Made by a program: the position numbers and the translations under genes. The notes beneath the pieces were generated by a model, which made no database searches, was not told the origin of the DNA, and was given only the letters and a program-made list of their open reading frames with translations. From Chrysomallon squamiferum (lineage: Eukaryota > Animalia > Mollusca), in NCBI GenBank assembly GCA_012295275.1, contig CM022679.1, positions 16,864,001 to 16,928,000 of the forward strand: a stretch of 64,000 nt of DNA. Direction: 5' to 3'. Below, one piece after another: positions 41,701 to 52,631 of the stretch. Numbering within the stretch: position 1 is the first letter of the stretch; each line of letters starts with the position of its first letter.

Positions 41701-43810
41701 TGGGATGTTTTGAAATGTACATTAATAAAATTATGAAAAAGTTAAAATTAATTTTTTAGAACATAAAGAAATGAAACAGTTTTTGAAATTCCTTGTTGAA
41801 ACCATTAATCTTTAATTCTGAATAGTTTTAAAATTGATTTGAAAAATTTACCTGAAATGGTTCACTGTAGATCCTTGATATATACTGGCTATATTACTTG
41901 AGGTAAATATTACATCTAGCTGAAAACCAATATAAATGATTTTTTTCATAATAAAACTGAAAATGTATCATATGATTGCTTGAGCATGTTTTTGTTTTCT
42001 ATAGCAACAAATTAACAAAATGTTTAAATTGTATTTGAACTAGGATGTATTATGTAAAACAGTGATTAAGACATGCACTTGTGCTCATTCCAAACATATA
42101 ACTAATCTTTCAGACACTTTACCATAATAAAATTCCTCTTCAAGTGGGATGCACAGCATGTGCTCTATCAACTACATCTTAGATGCATCAGTACATATAG
42201 ATGGATTCTGATTAGAACTTAAGATGTTAAGATGATACAATAGCTGAGTTTAATGATATTATCAGGCTCTATTCTAGATGTCTTATTTCAATCCTATTTA
42301 ACAATCCTGACTCAATATCTTCAAAACACAGGATATGCAATATAAAGAAATAACAAGAAAAAGAATAATTTAAAGAAAATTGTTTGAAAAAAATGAAAGT
42401 AACCACTCACCAGATTTGTGATTTGGTCTTGCACAGCAGTATAAGTTGAGGTGTTTGGATAGAGAAGATCATTGTTCCATTCTATGCCCTGTGTGACTGT
42501 CAGTTTTCCTTCAATGAGAACAGTGTCTGTCAAATCTACAGAACGTTTCAGACGATGTGACAATAGGCGATAACCAGACGCAAATGAGCCAGTGACAAAT
42601 ACACCATTTTTTAAACCTTGTATTTGGTGCCTGTTGTTGTTGCTAACAGTCAGCATCAGGTCAGTGATATTCAACTGAAGTGTTTCTCCATGGGTACACA
42701 CAGCTGTAAGTAACAAGTTGTAACTATTTTGTTAAATCATTAACAAATGTTTATAGCAAAACACTTTAACCTAAATATGAGGGATGTACACTAAGGAATT
42801 CATATTATCAACTGAAACCGAAATGTTGATATTATATTTTATATTGGTTAATTGTCTCAGGTTATATGATTTATTTTATCTTAACTGTTATTGTAAATTA
42901 TTTAGTTTTTGGACTTTTTTTTCTTGATTTTTTTTCTTTATTAATTTTCTTCTTCTTCTTCTTTTTTTTAAATTTAATTTAATTTTATTTTATTTTAATA
43001 TTATTATTTTTTAACTTTTCTGTTTTAATTTGTTGTTGTTTTTTTAAGAATGATTATAACAATTATAAATAAACAAATCAAAAAAAAAAAAAAAAAAAAA
43101 AAAAAATCAACCAAAGTACTAGTAGAAAGATTATAAACAAAAAAACTACACCAAAGTACTAGTAGAAAGATTATATTACACAAAAAATAAAATAAAAAAA
43201 TGTTGTTAGTAATTATTTATTTATACAGTGAAAAAAAACAACAAAAAACATAAATTGGTGAATGACTACTTTTTACTGGTATAAAGAATTTATTATAGCT
43301 GTTTTTGAAAATCTAAACTAATTACAAATATCAAAACCAACAAGTATTTTTCTTATAAATTTCTAAAACTTTAAATTTATGTATATTAAGATTTATAAAT
43401 AAAATGAAATAAAGTTGATAACAATAGAAATAACATAAATACTCATTACAAATACTAATAATTTCAATAATATAAATTTTTTATAATTTATCAGTATTAA
43501 TATCAAATATAAAACATTAATTAATGAATATACAAATTTTATATTTATGAATACTGATATCTAATAATATATCAATTTAATAATTTATAAATACTAATAT
43601 CTAATAATACACAAATGTTTATATTTTATGAATATTAGTATCAAACAATATATGAGTTTTGCAATTTATGAACATTAATATCTAAAAGAAAACAAATTTA
43701 TAGTTAATGAATAATATCTAAAAAGATATCAATATTAATATATGAATTTAACATAATATTCGTATCTTACCTAAAATCACAAGCCAAAGTAGCACTACAT
43801 ACATCTTCAT
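1..43810 (-). CDS. Giant polycystin-1 family (PKD1-like) protein with SEA/mucin/EGF ectodomain; 3' end runs off the window
   Basis: Exons, 5' to 3', all phase-compatible with ag/gt ends except one gc donor: 43771-43810, 42411-42703, 41852-41919, 41320-41492, 33570-41008, 33165-33350, 32728-32795, 32066-32202, 30466-31461, 24514-30054 (internal frameshifts), 24044-24154, 23576-23692, 23197-23313, 22770-22886, 22155-22271, 21512-21628, 20935-21051, 20479-20595, 20039-20158, 19238-19365, 18534-18750, 17871-18011, 14346-17181, 13564-13910, 13140-13408, 12369-12515, 11886-11993, 11094-11219, 10299-10401, 9776-9891, 9034-9279, 8259-8787, 7563-7714, 6833-7066, 6123-6296, 5511-5671, 4056-4863, 3622-3754, 2936-3162, 2424-2598, 1438-2121, 675-1235, <1-48. 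Diagnostic motifs: GPS CRFW...W...GC...[13 protein letters not shown] (YTG..SHAGT; IWHDNSG; CNQWLAVE), [41 protein letters not shown]. Confidence 0.9.
675..6296 (-). CDS. PKD1-like exons 35-42: PLAT/LH2 domain, TM2-5, TOP domain and TRPP-like channel domain
   Basis: [26 protein letters not shown]...[62 protein letters not shown]...NMFVTILND. Confidence 0.92.
6833..13910 (-). CDS. PKD1-like exons 24-34: REJ, GAIN/GPS and TM1
   Basis: [54 protein letters not shown]|TSFG, PNQIDF, followed by a hydrophobic helix. Confidence 0.88.
9627..9682. repeat. (CA)n microsatellite
   Basis: Pure CA run inside an intron. Confidence 0.95.
12600..13085. repeat. Compound trinucleotide microsatellite (TAT/CAT/AGT/AGC)
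   Basis: Mixed triplet runs in an intron, with a duplicated agtcatttggtaatattaaa at about 12585 and 12781. Confidence 0.9.
14346..17181 (-). CDS. PKD1-like exon 23: PKD (Ig-like) repeats and start of REJ module
   Basis: Repeated (D/Q)(Y/F/M)GD...H.Y...G.Y.V.V...N.VS motifs; GGSARSIG...LDG..SYDPD...YTWYC REJ motif. Confidence 0.92.
17871..19365 (-). CDS. PKD1-like exons 20-22: SEA domain 3 plus calcium-binding EGF
   Basis: [12 protein letters not shown]...[33 protein letters not shown]; [34 protein letters not shown]. Confidence 0.85.
20039..24154 (-). CDS. PKD1-like exons 11-19: nine tandem EGF / calcium-binding EGF exons
   Basis: Each 111-120 nt, phase 1-1; eight of nine begin D(I/V/Y/E)(N/D)EC and follow the pattern C...C.N..G(S/T/N)(Y/F).C.C..G(Y/F), e.g. 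[31 protein letters not shown]. Confidence 0.92.
24514..30054 (-). CDS. PKD1-like exon 10: 39-bp repeat mucin-like exon, interrupted by two frameshifts in this sequence
   Basis: Three overlapping ORFs (28895-30037, 26856-28916, 24413-27070) encode the same repeat; acceptor ttccag|AA at 30054, donor AG|gtatga at 24514; 5541 nt total. Confidence 0.7.
25140..29870 (-). repeat. 39-bp coding minisatellite, about 120 copies ([13 protein letters not shown])
   Basis: Plus-strand unit GTGACAGTGTCTGTGACTGGTAGGCTGGAGATTCTGTTA with a small set of variants. Confidence 0.97.
30466..31461 (-). CDS. PKD1-like exon 9: Ser/Thr-rich, symmetric phase 1-1
   Basis: Acceptor atttcag|TC at 31461, donor AG|gtatgt at 30466; 996 nt, open frame. 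Confidence 0.75.
32066..33350 (-). CDS. PKD1-like exons 6-8: SEA domain 2
   Basis: [69 protein letters not shown]; canonical GSVVV motif. Confidence 0.85.
33570..41008 (-). CDS. PKD1-like exon 5: 7.4-kb Ser/Thr-rich mucin-like exon
   Basis: Uninterrupted 2491-aa ORF; acceptor ttttcag|AAAGT at 41008, donor GCT|gtaagt at 33570; phases match both neighbours. Confidence 0.85.
33720..38310 (-). repeat. 15-bp coding tandem repeat, about 300 copies (D/N-T-I/M-T-S/P), with higher-order blocks
   Basis: Plus-strand unit of the form GTATCTGATGTTATT / GTATCTGGTGTTATT; the peptide block THTLTLDII(T/K)[14 protein letters not shown] recurs three times. Confidence 0.95.
40195..40650 (-). repeat. 111-bp (37-aa) coding tandem repeat, about 4 copies
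   Basis: [12 protein letters not shown](H/V)(L/S)SDL(I/T)[19 protein letters not shown] repeated; matching DNA at 40210, 40321 and 40432. Confidence 0.9.
41320..42703 (-). CDS. PKD1-like exons 2-4: furin site (RLKR) and SEA domain 1
   Basis: HRLKRSV, then [25 protein letters not shown]...[35 protein letters not shown] (SEA fold with a GSVxV motif). Confidence 0.8.
43771..43810 (-). CDS. PKD1-like exon 1 (signal peptide)
   Basis: ATG AAG ATG TAT GTA GTG CTA CTT TGG CTT GTG ATT TTA G|gtaag; joined to exon 2 gives [24 protein letters not shown], a typical signal peptide. Confidence 0.75.
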
Positions 43811-45549
43811 ATTCTGTGTTCTACTAACAAACTAAGGACAGATAAAGGTAACAAAACTGCTTGATGATTCATTGTTATTAATGAGATCGTTTAGCTCACT
43901 GTCTGAGCAGGAAATGATCATGGACTAAAACAGGTAAATTATTTCAGTTTCACCTGCCAGGTAAGCAATACTTATTAATTATTTATGATGAAAAGACGCA
44001 TGTGATTGAAAATATTCATGAAAACGTGAATATAGTATAACTGTTTAATACAAAAACATTGAAATTAGTTAAAACAGTTTCAGGATTTTAAATGAAAACT
44101 AAAATTAAAGAAAAACAAATCACAAATGTGTGAGAGGAAATATTAGAAGAAACATGAACTTTTCAATATATTAAATGAAAAGAAATTATTAAAAGTGGGG
44201 ATGACTAACCCCATTAATATTACTGATGCAAAACTGAAAGATTTAAGACAATAACAAATACAGAATCAGTAATTCACAGAGGAAAAGGCTTCCACTCATA
44301 AACACAAGAACAAAATATTAACCCTTTAACTGCGTCATTAAAAACAGCTCCTGGCAAAATTAACCCTACAGATGGCAGCACTTACTGGGCATATACGATG
44401 TTTGGGAGTCTGAATGTGTCCATTTCTGGCAACCTAACAAGAAACCTTTTTTAAGACCATGGGCAAATGCACTTTCTGCAGTTAACAGTAATACATTATT
44501 TTAATGGCTATATCTGTTTGTTGCAAGAAAAGCGTTAATGATATGATTTCTGTCTCATGGAGACAAAACTGAAAATGTAAATTAAAAAAACAAACAAAAA
44601 ACATCACAAATAAAAAATTTTATTAACAGTATACTCTATACTTTGTTCATACTTGTTATTATAATGTTCATTCTTAATATATATAAAATAGTTTTAAAGA
44701 TAACTTGGAAGTTTAATAATAACATAGGCTATTTGCTGTTGTTGTTGTTGTGTATATTTTAATGTTTGTTAACATAATTATACAAAATATACCAAAGAAA
44801 AAAAAACAAGTTTAGAAAACCAAATTCATATAAGATGAGAATAAAATCATTAAAATGACTATCTACAAATACCAGAAATATTTATAAAAATCTACCAGTA
44901 GAAAATGTTCTAATTTTAATTTTTACTACTTTATTGGGTTTTTAAATTATTATAAAAAAAAAAGAAAAAAAAAAATATTAATGACAACAAACCAAAAGAG
45001 AAAAGAAAAGGAGATTTTAAAAAAGAGAAAAAAACATTTGACCATAGTAATATTTCTTCTCAGTTATTTTAATTCCATAATAGGAACTTTTTAACATAAA
45101 CAAATTAATACAATGTTGTATAATATTTTGTATCTAATCATGTCAGGATCGACATTTCCATTCAATATTGTTACTTGCAGCTAACTAGAAAGAATATAAT
45201 CTGTGTAATATTTCACACTTAAAGATAATGTTAACTGCTGTTTACTAAATCAGACATAATCCTGTATTTTATGTTATACAACAAGTCAGTATTAACTTCT
45301 GTTTTAACTTCAATATTAAAATACTGTTACTTACAATCACCTAAAATTAATACAATATAGCATATTATAAGATGTTGATATTAATAAATATTACCTGTTA
45401 TAATAATGTAATAGATACTGTCCTGTATTGTATTTTATAATGTTGTATCAACACTGCCACATATTACCTGTTAATTAAAATCAGAAACAAATTCAAAATA
45501 TATTTTAATTTTTATTATCTGATTCTGAAGTTAAGCCTACTTGGTGTTT

Positions 45550-47280
45550 AGCTATAAGCTTCACAAACAATATTTTGGACAAGCTTTACTGTAATTCTCC
45601 AGTATGTATGATGAGATTTAAGTTTAGATTAAATTTCCAAGTTTTGAACAGACCTTACACTGAAACTCTTTCTCTCCTGTGTTGATCAGAATGTAATATT
45701 TCAGCTTATGAACCTCTGATGGTAAACTCCACACTCAAATGGAACATCACCAGTATTATTCTGCATGTCAGATAGCAGATTCAGTTTTAGTTGGAAGGTT
45801 CTTTCACATGTCATCCTCAATAGATTTTTCAGATGAGTGAAGTGTCAGATGTCCTCAGTGCTCCTTTCTGAGTGGACTGTTTAGAACACACTGATGTTGT
45901 TTCACCCTAGAGCAGTGATTCCCAACGTGGGACCTACACCCCACTGGGGGGCAATTCAATAATAATAGGGAGCAATATGAAAAATATAGTAATATCAATT
46001 TTATTTTACCCTTTATGGGTAAAAATTATAAATTTATAGGGTAAAATTGTAATTACAACCTAGCTGAGCACAACAGCTTGTGCAGTCTAGTCACGTGTTC
46101 ACCCACTAATGTTATTATGCATCTGGCACTAGCTATATGCGTGGCTTCTGACTTGTTTAAGAAGGTGAGTTTTAGTCAGCTGCTCAACGCTCCCACTGAA
46201 GCTAAAAAAACAGAGTGATGATGGGCAAGAAAAATGCAGTTTTAAAATTATTGAAAGACGACAATCCCCAAATGTTGTTAGTGGATCTGTCAGATGTAAC
46301 CATGGAGTATCAAGGAGAACTTTCAGAATTACAAAATGATGACTCAATTCAAGTCCTGTTCAAAATAAAAGGAACAATGATGTGGCTCTGTGAAGAAACA
46401 CAATCTAAATATCCAAATACAAGTAGTCTGGCAAGAAAACTACTGTTACCATTCCCATTGTCATACTTAGTGGAATGTGGATTTAGTGCTGTGAATGACT
46501 TATTACTGAAGAAAAGAAATTGACTGGATATCACTAAATGAGGTGACTTGAGATAGAAATTAACAAAATTTCTGCCTCGGATAAAATCTCTTTGCAGTAG
46601 ACATCAGGCTCAAGGGTCTCATTAATTGATTGTAATTGAATTTATTTAATCTGATGGTAGATATGTTATACACATTATAAAATGGATTTTATTTGATTAA
46701 ATTTGAAGTTAAATCCTTTAGTTTTATTTGAAAGATCCAATGTTTTATGTTATACTTCTTCAAAACTGACATTGTTATATCATACTAAACAATTAACTGA
46801 TATTGTTATATCATACTAAACAATTAAAGGTTGGGGACATGAAGAAATTTGTGATAAAAAGTGGGGCATGGTACCAAAATGGTTGGGAACCACTGCTCTA
46901 GAGTGAGTCAAGTGGTATTAATTCTGATCTGACTTGCATGCAAACATTTTAGAACAAACAGTAAAGGATTTCTTTTTCTTACTGTCACAGCTGACAATGG
47001 TAGAATTCTTGTAACAAAAGTCACATCTGAAATATTTCCTTCCATCATTTTTGACTGTACTTCTGGTAAGATTGGTTATCTTTGACCATATCTTACACTG
47101 ATATGGTTTTTCACCAGTACGAATCCTCGTATGTGTTGTGAAAAATATGTACCACACTGAAACATCTTCTCATCTGCAAGGATCAAAGTATGTCAGGCAT
47201 GAATTTTGATGAAACTGCTTTGAATACTTTTCACAAGAAAAACACTTCTCCTTTCTGATATTTTTCAATGACATGATGAC
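45550..47280 (-). pseudogene. Decayed C2H2 zinc-finger sequence, split by a hAT element
   Basis: HTRIRTGEKPYQCKIWSK, KYFRCDFCYK, CSKMFACKSD, EKCFSCEKYSKQFHQNS; frameshifts, stops and missing zinc ligands. The lower boundary is approximate. Confidence 0.5.
45913..46895 (+). mobile_element. Non-autonomous hAT (Charlie/Buster-type) DNA transposon remnant
   Basis: TIRs CAGTGATTCCCAAC / GTTGGGAACCACTG; 8-bp TSD CCCTAGAG / CTCTAGAG (Charlie NTCTAGAN preference); C-terminal dimerisation remnant LLPFPLSYLVECGFSAV...CSRHQAQGSH with in-frame stops. Confidence 0.92.
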
Positions 47281-47382
47281 CAGCCTACACCTCAGAATGG
47301 ATAGCTGAAAGTTATAAAGAAAAATCAACAAATATTTAAACAGAACTTACTGAGCTTACTGTTTAAAGCATTAATCAATATA

Positions 47383-48073
47383 CAGTATTCCCTCGCTATT
47401 CGCGGGGGTTACGTTCTTTATCCCCCCCCCGCGAATAGCGAAAAACCGCGAATATTGGATGCAGTTTTAAAACGTCTATTATGAGATTATATACGGTACT
47501 AAATGCTTCCCAAACACTTTCTAAAGACACTCTTATTCATTAATACAGTAATAATGTAGTAATATTGCATGCAGTTATGTATTTCACTAATGTAGTAATG
47601 ATAATGTAAACACATTTTAATTTTGTACTGAAACAATATTTTAATCAGAAAGAAACGTAAGTACAGGAGGACAGTAACACCGCATAGCATAGTTACCCAT
47701 ACAGTATTACTGTACCGTAAAGTCATTTTCTATGCGTACAACATATGTATTAGAATTGACAGAAAGTGGAACAAATTTAAAGGCAAACAGACAGATAAAT
47801 ACAGTACGCACAGTTCAGGTAATAATATGCAATTAAAAACATTATTAATACACGGTCACAAAAAATATGCACTGTACATACAGTGTATGCATTTATAAAA
47901 AAATACGTACTGTATTGCAATAATAATTGAAAAAATTTGATATTGTTTGTGCAGTTTACCGAGCATTTGTTTTTATGACGTTGTGACGCTCGCCTGGTAT
48001 ACCAGCATACAATGCGATACGGTTAAGAGCCTAACCCGCGAATGGGGAACCGCGAACAGGTGAGGGTATACTG
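47383..48073. mobile_element. Tigger/pogo-like MITE
   Basis: TA|CAGTATTCCCTCGCTATTCGCGG ... CCGCGAACAGGTGAGGGTATACTG|TA: imperfect TIRs, TA TSD, subterminal CCGCGAA repeats, no ORF. Confidence 0.8.
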
Positions 48074-48873
48074 TATACCATAACAATAATACCTATTATT
48101 TGCTTTTAATATATTATGTCATAAAATGTAATTCCATTTCTACATGAACACAATCTTTAATTTTCTGTGGAAAAACAGTGTTGCAGCTTTATATCCCCTG
48201 ACCATGATGACTAACAATTGTTGATTGAACAAATACTGTGATGTGAATGTGCTTGGCAGGAACAACTAACAGGAACAATTATACTAGTAGACCAAATAAA
48301 ATAGTTAAAAAAATGTTTGAAAGCAATAAAATTAAGCTTATTTTTAATGTTTAAATCAATGTTAATTTTGTATAGTAAAGTTATTATTATTTTTTTTTTT
48401 TTTTTTCTGTTTCAAGTTTCTGCTTCAAGTTTCTGTTTTTACATAAAATTTATATATTAATTTGCAATACACTGATTTAATAATTTGTGTATTTAAAATT
48501 TTTATATTTCATACATCAGTTGTGTTTTCAGAAAACTAACAGAAATATGGCAACTGCTTGAAATCTGTTATCTATGACACTTACAGATATACATCACAGA
48601 ACTGTAACACAGCACAAGACATTTCCACAACTGACAAATTAATTAACTAGGCATTACACTGTATGTTCCAGTTCCTTTTTCATAAATTAAATCTTTATGA
48701 AATGCAATCATTCAACAAAGTAATAAAGATATTTATTTAGCGTCTTTCAAGAAGGGACATGTTTATTGCTATAAGTTGTTTAACCATTAACTAGTCAGTT
48801 GGATTTTTGTCACTGTATAATGCAACCAGTTAATTAACCATAGCATTTAAGCTAAATGTATTCTACAGCAATA

Positions 48874-50263
<1,390 letters not shown>

Positions 50264-50668
50264 CCCAATTAGCTTTTTTCTAGTATTTTTATGACTGGGT
50301 CCATGTAACCTCTGATATTAAACTTTGTTTCCTCCTGGTTTAACCTCTGGTGAATGGGCTGTAAACTAAATTGTCAGAACTGTTTAATTAATTTTTTTCT
50401 TCCAATAATAACAATAATACTGTAAATAGGTATACGTATGTACATTATGTACATTACATACATTACAAACATATATAAATACATACATTACATACATACA
50501 CACGTGTATAATTAATCCTATAACGTACATACATATATACACAAGTACAAAAGATATAAATAGGTATTTACATACTTACATATTTACATGAATACATATA
50601 TATACATAAACACACATACACAAAGACATATATATATACACTACATACACATACATGCATACATTCAT

Positions 50669-50983
50669 ATAAAAATATGCACTTACGTATACGTATAAAT
50701 ACACACGTACATACATACATACAATGGCTTTGGCAGGCATGTAGGTAAAGAGTATGTATGATGAACCCCCTAACTTCTGACCTTAATTGCTGGATCCGGA
50801 TGGAATAAATGACGATAAGTCTAATCACAGCTGATAGATGTTAGATTCTCTAAGACCTCTTAGAAAAAAAAAAAGTTTCAGAAGTTAGGGGGTTCATCAT
50901 ACATACTCTTTGCCTACATGCCTGCCAAAGCCATTGTATGTATGTATGTACATGTGTATTTATACGTATGTGCATATTTTTAT
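50669..50983. repeat. Long near-perfect inverted repeat (~110-bp arms, ~97-bp spacer)
   Basis: ...acaatggctttggcaggcatgtaggtaaagagtatgtatgatgaaccccctaacttctga (ends 50780) versus tcagaagttagggggttcatcatacatactctttgcctacatgcctgccaaagccattgt... (starts 50878). Confidence 0.93.
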
Positions 50984-52599
50984 GGACCAATTAAAAAATA
51001 TTGATAATGATTCAATTTAGTGTTCCTGTGACATATCGAACCTTACTGGTTCTTATATTGAACTGGGGTTCAGTATAAGGACAAAGTGTTCAATCCAGGG
51101 AATTTCAAGAATCTTTTGTGAAATCCATTTTCAATACATTATCTTTCACGTAACTGAGACTGCTCCACCACAGATTTAGAAAAATTAAAAAGAAGAAATG
51201 TATGAACATCAATTCAAAATAGCTTATTCATTTTTTTTAGTTATATTGTCCTCATATAAGTTGATCATCATTTTTGATCTCTGGCAGTATTTGTGATGTC
51301 TCGCTATTTACGGCTCTGTGGAAGCATCGACCCACTGGTACTAGTTTCAAAGAGGTAAGAGGGACACTGCTACTGTCGGGTCCTGGTGTTGCTCTTCTCT
51401 CTGGGACCACGACTCAATCTATATTTTCAGGTTCGGAATTTTCATTTATGGATTTGGGCAGAGCACAGGGCTGTTCAGATTCGAGTTGATTGTCAACTTT
51501 GGTAGTGTTGTTATTGTCGTCATGATTATGATGTCTCTGTGATGAGGAATTCTCATGTTCGGACACTGTATCAATGCTGCAATATTTCAACTGGTGGTTC
51601 AGTACAGGGCACTAGATATAAAAATACCTGCATGTAATTTTTCCAAACGCAGCAGTAAATTCAACTTTTTTGATCTTAATATGCAAAGATTATGTCCTAA
51701 CCTACAAATATGTAATATCCTAGATATACACCTATTACCCACCAGCACCACACCTACAATAAAATCACAAAATGCACAAAGCCGACAGAAGTATCACATA
51801 GTTGTGGCTAAAACAACTTTAAAACAATTAGTGCAAGTATTAGTATACCTATCCATAATAAGCGTTTACTATGATCTCCTATTACGATTTATCAGATCCT
51901 TAGTATGTGCGTCATTCCCCAGAAATACAAACATACATACATACATATATACATACATACATCCATATAGACACACACACAAACCCCCACACACACATAT
52001 ATAAAACAAAAACACTCAAAATACCAATGCTTCAGTTATCGCGTCTTATTTATATAAATATGTTTAGCCTGGCAAAATAATATGGTGACAAACTACATGT
52101 ATATTTTGTTATTTATTTATTTATTAATTTATTTATATCAGCTTGTTCACATTTTTTGGAATGTGAACCAAACATAAGGGATATGTTGTTTTTCTAACTG
52201 AAACTTTCATGTTTTATGGGGTGACCAACATACCTTGGATTTGATAACCGTAACAAAAGGTCAAGCTAAATGATTATTATGTTTCTGTTAGTGGTATATA
52301 TATATATATATATATATACATACACATACATACATATATACATTTGTGTTGTTTTTCAGTTGCTGGAGGTAAGTTACCTTTATTTATTAAATTATTTATT
52401 TATGCTGTAAATGTATCAAATCTGTTCGATCAAAAAATAAGCATATTTTTATATCTACATATAAGCTTATGCACGTTAATCACGCCTATGCAAAAGTTTA
52501 TGTGCATGAAAGTCTTTCTAATTTTATTCAAGTTTGTTTACATGTATGTGTTTGTATATGTGACCTTTTTATGGGAGTATTTATTATTATTATTATTAT

Positions 52600-52631
<32 letters not shown>

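Noticed and set aside
43100-43750. AT-rich degenerate minisatellite and a 26-bp direct repeat in intron 1
   Set aside because: Ordinary low-complexity slippage products with no further structure.
46215-46523. 102-aa ORF as a domesticated SCAND3/ZBED-like gene
   Set aside because: Lies within TIRs and TSD, covers only the transposase C-terminus and is followed by in-frame stops.
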